DNA of 64,000 bases from Candidatus Omnitrophota bacterium (GCA_016197155.1 JACPWF010000024.1:17432-81431), one strand, 5' to 3'. Positions 50,295 to 60,848 are shown, counted from the first letter of the stretch. The notes: a model not told the origin generated them from the letters alone. A program made the numbers and translations.

Positions 50295-51557
50295 ATGAGT
50301 TACGTCAAAGGCCTCAAATGCCGCGAGTGCCACCGTCTCTATCCGACCGAGGCCGTGTACGTCTGCGAATTTTGCTTCGGGTCGCTGGAGGTGGATTATG
50401 ATTACGACAAGATTAAAAGCGTCCTGTCGCGGCGAAAAATCGAGGAAGGGCCCAAAAGCATCTGGCGCTACCGCGAGCTTTTGCCGATTGACGGACGGCC
50501 CACGGTCGGTTTCCACGCGGGTTTCACGCCGCTTTTTCGCGCCGACAATCTCGCGCGGGAGCTGGGGCATTCCGAGCTTTACGTGAAGGACGATTCGGTT
50601 TGCCATCCGACTCTTTCCTTTAAGGACCGCGTCGTGGCGGTGGCGCTCACGAAGGCCAAAGAGCTCGGGTTTAAAACCGTCGCGTGCGCCTCGACGGGGA
50701 ATCTCGCGGGATCCGTGAGCGCGCAGGCGGCCTGGGCGGGGCTCAACCGTTTTATTTTCATTCCGGCGGACCTCGAGCACGGCAAGGTCGTGGGCTCGCT
50801 CACGTACGCGCCGAATCTCGTCGCGGTGGAGGGAAATTATGACGAGGTGAACCGGCTCTGCGCGGAGATCGCCGCGCGCTACCGCTGGGCGTTTGTGAAT
50901 ATCAATATCCGTCCCTATTACGCCGAGGGTTCGAAGACCTACGGATTCGAAGTCGCCGAACAGCTCGGGTGGCGCACGCCGCGGCACCTGGTGGTGCCCG
51001 TGGCGAGCGGGTCGCTTTTGGTCAAAATTTGGAAGGCGTTCAATGAATTTAAAAAACTGGGCCTCATCGATTCGGTGGATTCCAAAATCCACGCCGCGCA
51101 GGCCGAGGGCTGTTCGCCCGTCGTCGCGGCCCTCCGCGAAAAGAGCGAAATCATTAAACCCGTGAAACCGAAAACCATCGCCAAGTCCCTGGCCATCGGC
51201 AATCCCGCAGACGGCATTTACGCGTGCGACGCCGTGAAGGAAAGCGGCGGCTCTGGCGGAGCCGTGACGGACGCGGAGATCGTCGAAGGCATCAAGCTCC
51301 TGGCGCGCACCGAGGGGATTTTCACGGAGACCGCGGGAGGCGTCACCGTCGCCGTGACGAAAAAATTAATTGAAAAAGGCGTCATTCCCAAAAACGAATC
51401 CTGCGTCATCTGCATCACCGGCAACGGCCTGAAAACCCAGGAGGCCGTCTCCGACCACATCGGCAAGCCCTATAAAATCAAACCCACTTTAGAATCTTTT
51501 GAAACGTCCCTGAGAAACGAATCGACAATCAAGGAGGAAGTATGGCAGTCAAGGTAA
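50295..51557 (+). CDS. thrC: threonine synthase family PLP enzyme with N-terminal zinc-ribbon (ThrC or MetM-like)
   Basis: 420 aa. [19 protein letters not shown] zinc ribbon. PLP lysine region [18 protein letters not shown]. Fold-type II. Confidence 0.8.
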   Translation: MSYVKGLKCRECHRLYPTEAVYVCEFCFGSLEVDYDYDKIKSVLSRRKIEEGPKSIWRYRELLPIDGRPTVGFHAGFTPLFRADNLARELGHSELYVKDDSVCHPTLSFKDRVVAVALTKAKELGFKTVACASTGNLAGSVSAQAAWAGLNRFIFIPADLEHGKVVGSLTYAPNLVAVEGNYDEVNRLCAEIAARYRWAFVNINIRPYYAEGSKTYGFEVAEQLGWRTPRHLVVPVASGSLLVKIWKAFNEFKKLGLIDSVDSKIHAAQAEGCSPVVAALREKSEIIKPVKPKTIAKSLAIGNPADGIYACDAVKESGGSGGAVTDAEIVEGIKLLARTEGIFTETAGGVTVAVTKKLIEKGVIPKNESCVICITGNGLKTQEAVSDHIGKPYKIKPTLESFETSLRNESTIKEEVWQSR

Positions 51558-52063
51558 GAATCCCCACTCCGCTTCAAAAACTCACGAATAACCAAAGCGA
51601 GGTCGCCTGCGAGGCGAAAAATATCGACGAGATGCTCGCCCAGCTCGAGAAAAAACACGCGGGGATCAAGGAACGCCTGTGCGACGAGGGCGGCAAGCTC
51701 CGGCGCTTCGTGAATATTTACGTGAACGAGGAGGACATCCGGTTTCTCGAGGGGCAGTCCACGGCGCTCAAAGACGGCGACGACGTCTCGATCATTCCCG
51801 CGATCGCCGGCGGCGCGCAGGGACTGGTGAAAAAAAGAGTGACGCTGGTTTTTCCTCAGGACCAGATCCGGGAACCCGCGGTTTTCACGATGGCCAAGCA
51901 ATTTGACATCCTGCCGAATATCCGTAAAGCCCGCGTCACCGAGAGCGTGGGGGAGATGATGCTCGAGCTCGAGGGCACGGAAAAAAATTTGGCCGAGGGG
52001 ATCAAGTACCTCGAATCGCGCGGGATCAAAGTGGAACCGGTGACGGGGGAGAGCGCTTTATAA
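51542..52063 (+). CDS. MoaD/ThiS-like sulfur carrier domain fused to a C-terminal NIL domain
   Basis: 173 aa. N-terminal ubiquitin-like part ends ...[11 protein letters not shown], then a NIL/ferredoxin-like domain ([33 protein letters not shown]...). Confidence 0.65.
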   Translation: MAVKVRIPTPLQKLTNNQSEVACEAKNIDEMLAQLEKKHAGIKERLCDEGGKLRRFVNIYVNEEDIRFLEGQSTALKDGDDVSIIPAIAGGAQGLVKKRVTLVFPQDQIREPAVFTMAKQFDILPNIRKARVTESVGEMMLELEGTEKNLAEGIKYLESRGIKVEPVTGESAL

Positions 52064-52083
52064 TTGAAATTTAAATTTTGTTT

Positions 52084-52102
52084 CGCCTTCACGGCGTTTT
52101 TT
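52084..52102 (+). terminator. weak rho-independent terminator-like hairpin after the MoaD-NIL gene
   Basis: CGCC-TTCAC-GGCG followed by TTTTTT. Confidence 0.3.
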
Positions 52103-52217
52103 GCGGGGTACTGCCTGACGGACCTGATCTTTCGGGCGAGAAAAATTCCTTACCCCTTTGAGGCGTTTGGGGTGTTGGCGGGACTGGGACTGGCGGCGTG
52201 GGCATATGGGTGGGCCA

Positions 52218-52409
52218 ATGAAAAATAAATTCGGATTTCTCCTTTTTTTTGTTTCCTTTATTCTTTTCGTCGCGCCGCTTCGCGCCGAGGAGGCGGGGCT
52301 CTCGTCCAAAATAGACGGGCTTGAGCGGAAACAGGAAGAAATTTTAAAAAAACTCGACGAGATCAAGGCCGAACTCGAAGTCGTCAAGGTCCGCGCCTCC
52401 CAGCGATGA
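52218..52409 (+). CDS. small secreted coiled-coil protein
   Basis: Signal peptide MKNKFGFLLFFVSFILFVAPLRA followed by a heptad-like segment. Its stop overlaps the Rrf2 start (ATGA). Confidence 0.4.
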   Translation: MKNKFGFLLFFVSFILFVAPLRAEEAGLSSKIDGLERKQEEILKKLDEIKAELEVVKVRASQR

Positions 52410-52858
52410 AATTTTCCACGCGCACGTTTTACGGTTTGAAGGCGATCCTCGTTTTGGCCAGCCGTTTTGGCGAAGGGTCGCTTTCGGTTTCGCAGATCGC
52501 CAGGAAAGAGGGGATCTCGGTGGCGTATCTCGAGCAGATTTTGAACGCGCTCAAGAAAAAAGGCTTCGTGAAGAGCGTGCGCGGGCCGCAGGGCGGCTAC
52601 ATTTTGTCGAAGAAGCCGTCGGAGATCACGCTGAAAGCGCTTTTTTACGCGCTCGAGAAGCCGGGTTTTCTCGAACCGAACGGGCGCGCGCCGGAGGCGG
52701 CCGGCCAGGACGACGTGGCCGCGGCGAACCTCATTTTTTGGGAAAAACTGCGCGGATCGATCGAGGAAACGCTCGAGGCGCTGAACCTGAAAGGCATTCT
52801 GGACGAGGCCCGCCGCCGGAAAACGAAAGTTTCTTCCCGGCACACCTTTAACATTTAG
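52406..52858 (+). CDS. Rrf2 family transcriptional regulator
   Basis: 150 aa. YGLKAILVLA...SVSQIARKEGISVAYLEQILNALKKKGFVKSVRGPQGGY. Winged HTH. Confidence 0.85.
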   Translation: MKFSTRTFYGLKAILVLASRFGEGSLSVSQIARKEGISVAYLEQILNALKKKGFVKSVRGPQGGYILSKKPSEITLKALFYALEKPGFLEPNGRAPEAAGQDDVAAANLIFWEKLRGSIEETLEALNLKGILDEARRRKTKVSSRHTFNI

Positions 52859-52865
52859 TTCACGC

Positions 52866-53417
52866 ATGCGCGCCAAGAAAATTTTAAGAAATAAAATGAC
52901 GCGGCGCCTGGCCGCTTTGGGCGGGCGCCTCCGCGAACAGAAAAGCCGCGCGATCGCCGAAAAACTTTTTGGGCTCGAGGTTTTCGGGTCCGCCCGGACG
53001 GTTTGCTTTTATGCGGCGACCCCCCGCGAGGTGGACACTCACCCCATGATTGACGCCGCGCTCGAGGCGGGAAAGGCCGTGCTCGTTCCGCTCTGCGATC
53101 CCAAAAAAGGGACGCTCGCTCTTTACCGGATCCAAAGCCGGAAGGATTTGAAAAAAGGGGCGTTCGGGATCTGGGAGCCGGATCCCGGAAAGGCCGCCCC
53201 CGCCGGCGCGGCCGAGGCGGACTGTGTCATCGTGCCCGGCGTGGCGTTCGACAAGGCGAAAAACCGCCTCGGCCGCGGGAAGGGTTATTACGACCGGTTT
53301 TTGAGCGGACTCGGCCCGAAAGTGGCGAAGATCGGCCTGGCATTCTCATTTCAAAAAGTTAAAAATGTGCCGAGGGCGGATCACGACGTGCCCCTGGACG
53401 AAATCATCACGGATTAA
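52866..53417 (+). CDS. 5-formyltetrahydrofolate cyclo-ligase
   Basis: 183 aa. VPGVAFDKAKNRLGRGKGYYDRFL signature. Confidence 0.85.
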   Translation: MRAKKILRNKMTRRLAALGGRLREQKSRAIAEKLFGLEVFGSARTVCFYAATPREVDTHPMIDAALEAGKAVLVPLCDPKKGTLALYRIQSRKDLKKGAFGIWEPDPGKAAPAGAAEADCVIVPGVAFDKAKNRLGRGKGYYDRFLSGLGPKVAKIGLAFSFQKVKNVPRADHDVPLDEIITD

Positions 53418-53419
53418 AA

Positions 53420-54985
53420 ATGGAAACCATCCTTATCTTTATTTTGTTGGGGATCCTGATCGCGATCGCGTTTTTCGCGGCGGGATATTTTATGCGAAAA
53501 ATTTTTGCCGAGCGCCTCATCCGTACCGCGGAGTCCAAGGCCCGCGAGATCCTCGTCACCGCCAAACGCGAATCGGAAGAGACTTTAAAAAACGCCGAGC
53601 GCCAGTCGCGGCAGAACACCGCGCGCGCCCAGACCGATTTTGAAAACCAGATCGCCCAACGGAAACGGGATCTGGAAAATCTGGAAAAAGTCCTGAGGCA
53701 CAACGAGGACAGCCTCGACAAGAAACTGGATCTCATTGAGAAAAAAGAAAGGGAAACGCTTTTCAAATTGCAGGAGGCCTCTCTCAAGGAAAAAGGCATC
53801 CTCGAAAAAGAAGAAAAACTCGACAAATTGATGAGCGAAGAGCGCCAGCACCTGCAGAAAATTTCCGGGCTCGACGCCGAGGAGGCCAGGCGCCGGCTTC
53901 TGCAGAGGGTCGAGATCGAAACGCGCAGTGACACCGGGCGCCTCATTCACGAAATTGAAAAAGAAGCGGAAGAGACCGCCGAGAAGAAGGCCAAGAAAAT
54001 CCTGAGTCTGGCCATGCAGCGCCTGGCGGGCGCCTACACGATCGAGTCCGCGTCGACGGTCGTGAACCTGCCGAACGACGAGATGAAGGGGCGGATCATC
54101 GGGAAGGACGGGCGGAACATCAAGACCTTTGAGACGCTGACGGGCGTCGACCTTTTGATCGACGACACGCCCGCGGTGATCACGCTCTCGGCGTTTGACG
54201 GCGTTCGCCGGCAGGTGGCCAAGCTCGCGCTTGAGGAATTGATGAAGGACGGCAGGATCCAGCCCGCGCGGATCGAAGAGGTCGTTCAAAAAACCAAACG
54301 GAATATGGAAAACGTTCTGAAAGAAGAAGGGGAAAAAGCGGTCCTCGAGACCAACCTCTCGAACGTGCACCCCGAGATCGTGAAACTTTTGGGAAAATTG
54401 CGTTACCGCACCAGCTACGGGCAGAACGTGCTTTTTCATTCCATCGAAGTGGCTCATCTCATGAACACGATCGCCGGTGAAATGGGCGTCGATCCGGTCG
54501 TGGCGCGCCGCGCGGGACTTTTGCACGATATCGGGAAAGCGGTGAGTCAGGATGTCGAGGGGCCGCATGCCCTGATCGGCGGGGAACTCGCGCGCCGTTA
54601 CGGCGAGCATCCGGACGTGATCCACGGCATCGAGGCGCATCATGAAGACATTGAAATGAAATCCGTCTGGCCGATGCTCGTGCAGGCCGCGGACGCCGTG
54701 AGCGCCGCGCGGCCCGGCGCCCGGCGCGAGAGCCTTGAAAATTACGTGAAGCGTTTGAAACAGCTTGAAGAAATCGCCGACGGCCACGCCGGCGTCGAAA
54801 AATCCTACGCGATCCAGGGCGGGCGCGAGGTGCGCGTCATGGTGAGGGCCGATCGCGTGCCGGAGGAGGCGATGCCGGCGCTCGCGCGCGAGATTTCCAA
54901 AAAAATCGAGAAAGACATGCAATTTCCGGGGCAGATCAAGGTGATTGTGATCCGCGAGACGCGCGTCGAGGACGCGGCGAAGTGA
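53420..54985 (+). CDS. rny: ribonuclease Y
   Basis: 521 aa. N-terminal TM, coiled-coil, KH domain (GRIIGKDGRNIKTFE), HD domain (HSIEVAHLM...HDIGK). Confidence 0.95.
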   Translation: METILIFILLGILIAIAFFAAGYFMRKIFAERLIRTAESKAREILVTAKRESEETLKNAERQSRQNTARAQTDFENQIAQRKRDLENLEKVLRHNEDSLDKKLDLIEKKERETLFKLQEASLKEKGILEKEEKLDKLMSEERQHLQKISGLDAEEARRRLLQRVEIETRSDTGRLIHEIEKEAEETAEKKAKKILSLAMQRLAGAYTIESASTVVNLPNDEMKGRIIGKDGRNIKTFETLTGVDLLIDDTPAVITLSAFDGVRRQVAKLALEELMKDGRIQPARIEEVVQKTKRNMENVLKEEGEKAVLETNLSNVHPEIVKLLGKLRYRTSYGQNVLFHSIEVAHLMNTIAGEMGVDPVVARRAGLLHDIGKAVSQDVEGPHALIGGELARRYGEHPDVIHGIEAHHEDIEMKSVWPMLVQAADAVSAARPGARRESLENYVKRLKQLEEIADGHAGVEKSYAIQGGREVRVMVRADRVPEEAMPALAREISKKIEKDMQFPGQIKVIVIRETRVEDAAK

Positions 54986-55773
54986 AAATTCTCATGATCG
55001 GCGACACGTACGGCGAGCCGGGGAGAAAGGCCGTTGAAATTTTTGTGGGCCGCATGAAAAAAAGCGGCGAGGCCGATTTTGTGGTGTGTAACGCGGAAAA
55101 TTCTGCCGAAGGATCCGGCATTACCGAGGGCATCGCCAGGGAACTTTTCCAAAACGGCTGTGACGTTCTCACCTGCGGGGACCACGTCTTTGACCGAAAA
55201 AGAGAGATAGAAAACTACATTCAAAAAGAGCCGCGTGTTTTGCGGCCCGCGAATTTTCCGAAGGGGGCCCCGGGCGCGGGTTCCTGCGTCGTCGAATCGA
55301 GGGGAACGAAGATCGGCGTCCTGCACGTCGCGGGGCAGGCGTTCATGCGTTATCACTTTGCCTCTCCTTTTCACACGGCGGATGAGGAAATTGAGAAGTT
55401 GAAAAAAGCCGGGGCTTCAGTGATTCTCGTCGACATGCATGCGGAAGCTACCAGCGAAAAGTCGGCGATTTCCTGGTACCTCGACGGACGTGTTGCGGCC
55501 GTAGTGGGAACGCACACGCACGTGCAGACGGCCGATGAACGCGTGTCGGAAAAGGGGACGGCCTGCATCACCGACCTCGGAATGACGGGGCCCTACGATT
55601 CGGTGATCGGCGCGGAGAAGGGGCCGATCATTCAGAGGTTTCTCACGCAGATCCACGCCAAAAAGGAAGTCGCCCAAAACGACGTGCGCTTCTCGGGCGC
55701 CCTCATCACGGTGGACGAACGCACGGGCCGCGCGACTGCGATCGAGCGGGTCCACAAAAAATTGACTCCGTAA
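54982..55773 (+). CDS. ymdB: YmdB-like TIGR00282 metallophosphoesterase
   Basis: 263 aa. MKILMIGDTYGEPGRKAV, GDHVFD, conserved partner of rny. Confidence 0.85.
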   Translation: MKILMIGDTYGEPGRKAVEIFVGRMKKSGEADFVVCNAENSAEGSGITEGIARELFQNGCDVLTCGDHVFDRKREIENYIQKEPRVLRPANFPKGAPGAGSCVVESRGTKIGVLHVAGQAFMRYHFASPFHTADEEIEKLKKAGASVILVDMHAEATSEKSAISWYLDGRVAAVVGTHTHVQTADERVSEKGTACITDLGMTGPYDSVIGAEKGPIIQRFLTQIHAKKEVAQNDVRFSGALITVDERTGRATAIERVHKKLTP

Positions 55774-56916
55774 ATGCCGATCCTCGTTGACCGCCAGATT
55801 TTCACCGTTTCGGATCTGACGCGCAACATCCGCTTTGTCCTCGAGGAAAATTTTTCCGGCGTGTGGGTCGAGGGCGAAGTCTCCAATTTCAAGCACCACA
55901 CCTCGGGCCACATGTATTTTTCCCTGAAGGACGAAGAATCGCAGGTCCAGTGCGTGATGTTCCGGCGCGAAAATCAGGCCGTGGGTTTTGAGGTCAAAGA
56001 AGGCCTGAAAATCCTCTGCCTCGGCCGTGTGAGCGTTTATCCCGTGCGCGGCCAGTACCAGCTTTACGTCGAGCGGATGGAGCCCAAGGGGATCGGCGCG
56101 CTTCAACTGCGTTTCGAGGAATTGAAGGAGAAATTAAAAAAAGAGGGCCTGTTCGACACGGCCCGCAAAAGGCCGATTCCCTTTTTGCCGAAAAAAATCG
56201 GAGTGGTCACCTCCGTCGACGGCGCGGCCCTTCGCGACATCCTGCACATTTTGGACAGGCGATTTCCGGAATCGCACGCGGTGATCTGTCCCGTGCCGGT
56301 GCAGGGCCCGGCGGCGGCGCCTTTCATTGCGGAGGCGATTTGTCATTTCAATGAATGGAACCAAACCGATGTCCTCCTCGTCACCCGCGGCGGCGGAAGC
56401 CTGGAAGATCTCTGGGCGTTCAACGAAGAAATCGTCGCCCGCGCGATTTTTGAATCAAGGATCCCCGTCATCTCCGCGGTGGGACACGAGGTCGACTACA
56501 CCATCGCGGATTTCGTCGCGGACCTGCGCGCGCCCACGCCTTCGGCCGCGGCGGAGATCGTGACCCCCGAGAAAGAGGAGATCCGTCTCAAAATTCAGGA
56601 CCTGAAAACGAGAGCCGCGCGCGCCATCGAGGGCCTTTTTGAAATTCTATTCCAACGGCTGGATGAACTGAAGAAAAATCTCGCCGGCCTCCTCGAAAAT
56701 TTTATTTTATTGAAAAAAGAAGGGGTCCGCGCGCTCATCGGCAAACTGGAAGCCCTCGGGCCGCTGGCCACGCTCGCGCGCGGCTTCAGTGTGACGTTAA
56801 AATTGCCAGGCGAAAAAGTGATGACGTCGTTCCGATCGGTGAAGCCGGGCGACCTGGTCAAGACGAGACTGAAAACCGGATTTTTCACAAGTCGGGTGAA
56901 GGAGGTGGGGGTATGA
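55774..56916 (+). CDS. xseA: exodeoxyribonuclease VII large subunit
   Basis: 380 aa. OB fold plus catalytic domain (GVVTSVDGAALRDIL, TRGGGSLEDLWAFNEE). Confidence 0.9.
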   Translation: MPILVDRQIFTVSDLTRNIRFVLEENFSGVWVEGEVSNFKHHTSGHMYFSLKDEESQVQCVMFRRENQAVGFEVKEGLKILCLGRVSVYPVRGQYQLYVERMEPKGIGALQLRFEELKEKLKKEGLFDTARKRPIPFLPKKIGVVTSVDGAALRDILHILDRRFPESHAVICPVPVQGPAAAPFIAEAICHFNEWNQTDVLLVTRGGGSLEDLWAFNEEIVARAIFESRIPVISAVGHEVDYTIADFVADLRAPTPSAAAEIVTPEKEEIRLKIQDLKTRAARAIEGLFEILFQRLDELKKNLAGLLENFILLKKEGVRALIGKLEALGPLATLARGFSVTLKLPGEKVMTSFRSVKPGDLVKTRLKTGFFTSRVKEVGV

Positions 56917-57158
56917 GTCAGGAGGGAAAGGAAATGGAATTTGAGGCCGCGCTCAAAAAACTGGAGGACATCGTCGGGCATTTGGAAACCGGCGACCTGT
57001 CTCTTGAGGCGGCGTTGAAACAGTACGAGGAAGGGGTGCGGATGGCTGACATCTGCTCCAAGCGTCTCTCCGAAGCGCAAAAGCGGGTGGAAATTTTAAT
57101 CAAAACCGGCGCGGGGAAATTCAAAACCGTTCCGTTCGAGCCCAAAAAGAAAAAGTGA
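56913..57158 (+). CDS. xseB: exodeoxyribonuclease VII small subunit
   Basis: 81 aa. FEAALKKLEDIVGHLETGDLSLEAALKQYEEG. Confidence 0.9.
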   Translation: MSQEGKEMEFEAALKKLEDIVGHLETGDLSLEAALKQYEEGVRMADICSKRLSEAQKRVEILIKTGAGKFKTVPFEPKKKK

Positions 57159-57988
57159 CGCTGGATTCTTATTTAAAAAAGCAAACCGAAAAAATAAACC
57201 GGGCGCTGGAGGGCTGTCTGCCGCCCGCGCGCGAGCGGCCCGCGAAACTGCACGAGGCGATGCGTGAGGCGGTGCTCTCGGGCGGAAAAAGGGTGCGCCC
57301 GATCCTCACACTCGCGGCTTGTGAGGCCGCGGGCGGAAAAGAGGAGGCCGCGCTTCCCGCGGCGTGCGCCATTGAACTGATCCACAATTATTCGCTCGTG
57401 CACGACGACCTGCCGGCCATGGACGATGATGACACGCGCCGTGGGCGGGCCGCTTGTCACGTGAAATTCGGCGAGGAAACGGCGATCCTCGCGGGGGACG
57501 CGCTCCTGACACTGGCGTTCAACGTTCTGTGTAGGGGCGACTCGTCGAGTCGCCCAAATGCCGGCCGGATTCTTAGAACCATTCACCTCATTTCCGAAGC
57601 GATCGGCACGCGCGGCATGGTGGGCGGCCAGGCGGTGGACCTCGAGTTTCAAAAAAAAGAAATGGATCTGCCCACGGCCGAATACATCAACACCCGCAAG
57701 TCCGGCGCGCTCATCGCCGTGTCCGCGCGCGTGGGGGCCCTGGTTGCCGGCGCCGCGAAAAAAGAGGAAGAGGCGCTTTACCGCTACGGAAAATTTCTCG
57801 GGCTCCTTTTCCAAATTGTGGATGACATTCTTGACTGCCAGGGGTATGCTAAAGTCATCGGTGTCTCCGAATCCAAAAAGGAGGCCCTGCTTCTTTCCCA
57901 GAGGGCCAAAAAAGAGATTAAAATTTTCGGCAAAAAAGGGACGACCTTAAACCAACTCGCCGATTTTGTTTTAAACCGAAAGGCTTGA
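57155..57988 (+). CDS. ispA: polyprenyl diphosphate synthase (farnesyl/geranylgeranyl-PP synthase)
   Basis: 277 aa. First DDxxD motif LVHDDLPAMDDDDTRRG and second FQIVDDILD. Confidence 0.9.
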   Translation: MTLDSYLKKQTEKINRALEGCLPPARERPAKLHEAMREAVLSGGKRVRPILTLAACEAAGGKEEAALPAACAIELIHNYSLVHDDLPAMDDDDTRRGRAACHVKFGEETAILAGDALLTLAFNVLCRGDSSSRPNAGRILRTIHLISEAIGTRGMVGGQAVDLEFQKKEMDLPTAEYINTRKSGALIAVSARVGALVAGAAKKEEEALYRYGKFLGLLFQIVDDILDCQGYAKVIGVSESKKEALLLSQRAKKEIKIFGKKGTTLNQLADFVLNRKA

Positions 57989-57989
57989 C

Positions 57990-59921
57990 GTGGGCGCTTT
58001 GCTCGATCAGATCCATTCACCCGAAGATTTAAAAAAATTAACGCACGCCGAGCTTCCCTTGCTCGCCGAGGAACTCCGCGCGTACATCCTTGAAGTCGTG
58101 TCCGCCAACGGCGGGCATCTGGGCGCGGCGCTGGGCGCGGTCGAGCTGACGCTGGCGCTTCACACCTGTTTCACCACACCCAAAGACACGATTGTCTGGG
58201 ACGTCGGGCATCAGGTTCACGCCCATAAAATCCTCACCGGCCGCAAAGAGGCGTTTAAAACTTTTCGCAAGGCGGGCGGCCTGAGCGGTTTCTCGAATAA
58301 GGACGAGAGCGTGCACGACCCCTTCACGACCGGCCACGGGGGCACGTCCATTTCCACCTCGCTCGGCATCGCCGTCGGTCAGCGGATGCAGTTTGGCACC
58401 GCGGGAAAAGTGATCGCGGTGATCGGGGACGCGTCGCTCGTGAGCGGAATGGCGTTCGAGGCCCTGAACCACGCGGGCCATTTGAAGGACGACCTCATCG
58501 TCGTTTTGAATGACAATGAAATGAGTATCTCCCCGACCGTGGGCGCTTTGAGCCGCTACCTGAATAAAATTATTTCCAACCCTTTTTACAACCACGTCCG
58601 CAAAGACATCGAAAGCCTCATCCGAAAAATCCCGCGCGTCGGCGAAGGCATGGTGAGGCAGGCCAAAAAAATCGACGAAGGCCTGAAAAATCTTTTTATC
58701 CCCGGACTTTTGTTTGAAGAACTGGGTTTCCGCTACTTTGGGCCGCTCGATGGACACAACATTCAGGAACTGGTTCAAATTTTGAAAAATATTTCCGCGA
58801 TCAAAGGCCCCGTTCTTTTGCATGTCATCACCCAAAAAGGCAAAGGCTACAAAATCGCCGAAGCCGACCCCGCGCGCTGGCACGCCTCGACCCCCTTCTG
58901 CGTCGACACGGGGGAAACCCAGAAACCGGCCAGGGCCGTCAGCACTTACACGCAGGTATTCGGCCAAACGGTTGTGGAGCTCGCCGCAAAGGACCCGCAG
59001 GTCGCGGCGATCACGGCGGCCATGTGCGACGGGACGGGCCTGGTGGAATTTTCCAAAAAATATCCGGAGCGTTTTTTCGACGTGGGGATCGCCGAGGAGC
59101 ACGGGGTCGCTTTCGCGGCGGGGCTGGCCAAGGCCGGCGCCAAACCCTTCGTCGCGATCTATTCCACGTTTCTCCAGCGCGCGCATGACCAGATCATCCA
59201 CGACGCGGCGCTGCAGGAATTGCCCGTCATTTTCTGCCTCGACCGCGCGGGGCTTGTCGGCGAGGACGGCCCGACGCATCACGGCGTGTTTGATATCGCT
59301 TATTTGAGGAAGGTGCCGGGGATGACGCTTTTGGCGCCGCGGGACGCGCGCGAATTCCGGATGATGCTCGCGTTTGCCGCGCGTCACAAAGGCGGGCCGA
59401 TCGCCGTGCGTTATCCGCGCGGGGCCGTCGCGGAGGAAAGCCAAAATCCTTTGTCTGCCATTTCGCCGCCGGCGATAGAGTTTGGAAAATCCGAATTATT
59501 AAAAGAAGGCAGGGACGCGCTGATCCTCGCGCTGGGCAGTATGGTCTATCCGGCCTACGAGGCCGCCGAGCTTTTGGAAAAGGAAAATATCCACGCCGCC
59601 GTTTTAAACGCGCGCTTTGCCAAGCCGCTCGACGAGGCAGAGATCCTGCGTCTGGCCAAAGAGGTCTCCCTGGTCGTGACGGTCGAAGAAGGAACGCTTT
59701 CGGGCGGATTCGGAAGTGCGGTGCTCGAGCGTTTTGGAATGGAGATCCCCCGGATCAAGATCCTCGGCATTCCCGACCGGTTCATCACGCACGGAAAACG
59801 CGAATCGCTTTTGGAGGGGTTGGGCCTGGATGCCGTGGGGATCCGCGACACGGTTTTAAAAACGCTAAATCTTCTTCGGCAGGACGAGATCGTCAACCGA
59901 GATTTTACGCCCGCTCTTTAA
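57990..59921 (+). CDS. dxs: 1-deoxy-D-xylulose-5-phosphate synthase
   Basis: 643 aa. TPP-binding GDASLVSGMAFEALNHAG, transketolase-like domains. Confidence 0.95.
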   Translation: MGALLDQIHSPEDLKKLTHAELPLLAEELRAYILEVVSANGGHLGAALGAVELTLALHTCFTTPKDTIVWDVGHQVHAHKILTGRKEAFKTFRKAGGLSGFSNKDESVHDPFTTGHGGTSISTSLGIAVGQRMQFGTAGKVIAVIGDASLVSGMAFEALNHAGHLKDDLIVVLNDNEMSISPTVGALSRYLNKIISNPFYNHVRKDIESLIRKIPRVGEGMVRQAKKIDEGLKNLFIPGLLFEELGFRYFGPLDGHNIQELVQILKNISAIKGPVLLHVITQKGKGYKIAEADPARWHASTPFCVDTGETQKPARAVSTYTQVFGQTVVELAAKDPQVAAITAAMCDGTGLVEFSKKYPERFFDVGIAEEHGVAFAAGLAKAGAKPFVAIYSTFLQRAHDQIIHDAALQELPVIFCLDRAGLVGEDGPTHHGVFDIAYLRKVPGMTLLAPRDAREFRMMLAFAARHKGGPIAVRYPRGAVAEESQNPLSAISPPAIEFGKSELLKEGRDALILALGSMVYPAYEAAELLEKENIHAAVLNARFAKPLDEAEILRLAKEVSLVVTVEEGTLSGGFGSAVLERFGMEIPRIKILGIPDRFITHGKRESLLEGLGLDAVGIRDTVLKTLNLLRQDEIVNRDFTPAL

Positions 59922-60848
59922 TTCCTGAACGTTGCACGCCGTCATCGCGTCGCGGACCTCGAGAGTGTTCAGGGTCGCGACTTCCTCGCCGTCTTTTTTC
60001 ACCACGTAGACGCCGTCCGGTTTCACATTGTCCGCTTTTCCGAGATTGATCACGACGAAACCGTGCTCTTGGTTCACCGCGAGCACGCGGCCGTCTTTTT
60101 TGGGAATCTTCCGGGTTTCCTCGAGGGGCTCTTTCGGGGTCTGAGTCCCGGCGGGCGCAGTGCCGGGACTTGAGCGGATCGTCCCCAAGTCCACCGTGCC
60201 CCATTCCTCCTCGATGCGCTTGCGCGCCTGGGCGACCGTTTCCTCGAGCGCGATTTTGGCGACGGTGATCTCCGTGATTTTGTCATTCACCGTTTTGTGA
60301 AGCCGGTCGAGCCTTTGCGAAAGGATTTTGTTTTGTTGAGAAAGTCTTTCAATCTCTTCATCCTTTTCCTTCAGGCGCGCGTCGGTATCCGCGGCGCCGG
60401 CGGAGACCGGCGGAACGGGAGAGACCGCGGGCGCGGGGGCAGCCGGCGCCGGCAGGTCTTTTTTCATTTTTTCGATTTCTTTATTTTTATGGATCAACAT
60501 CTCTTCGAGAGCGGTTTTTTCTTCGGTCACGGAGCTCAGTTGTTCCTGAACTTTTTTGATCTCGATCTGGAGGGACTCGTTTTCGTTTTTCAGGGATTCG
60601 AGTGAAAGGTGGAAGCCCGATTTGTCCTTCTCGATGGCCTCCAATTTTTCCGTGAGTTCTTTGTTTTCGTTCTCCAGGGACTTGAGAGAATCGGCGAGCT
60701 TTTGGGACTCATCGGAAAGGTCTTTCACTTTGACCTTCAGGGACGCGTTCTGAGAGGAAACCCCGATCAAAGAAAGGAGAAGCACCGCGAAGACGAGAAC
60801 GGATAAAAAAAAACGAGGCGACTTGAGAGACGACCAAAAATGGCCCAT
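59865..60848 (-). CDS. membrane-anchored coiled-coil protein of unknown function
   Basis: 327 aa. N-terminal TM (FFLSVLVFAVLLLSLIGV), long coiled coil, Pro/Ala linker, small C-terminal beta domain. Its 3' end overlaps the dxs 3' end by 57 nt. Confidence 0.45.
   Translation of the reverse strand: MGHFWSSLKSPRFFLSVLVFAVLLLSLIGVSSQNASLKVKVKDLSDESQKLADSLKSLENENKELTEKLEAIEKDKSGFHLSLESLKNENESLQIEIKKVQEQLSSVTEEKTALEEMLIHKNKEIEKMKKDLPAPAAPAPAVSPVPPVSAGAADTDARLKEKDEEIERLSQQNKILSQRLDRLHKTVNDKITEITVAKIALEETVAQARKRIEEEWGTVDLGTIRSSPGTAPAGTQTPKEPLEETRKIPKKDGRVLAVNQEHGFVVINLGKADNVKPDGVYVVKKDGEEVATLNTLEVRDAMTACNVQELKSGRKISVDDLVLPKKI

Noticed and set aside
59865-59921. 57-nt convergent overlap between dxs and the coiled-coil gene as a regulatory feature
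   Set aside because: Most likely just a 3' end overlap, or a slightly shorter true C-terminus of one gene.
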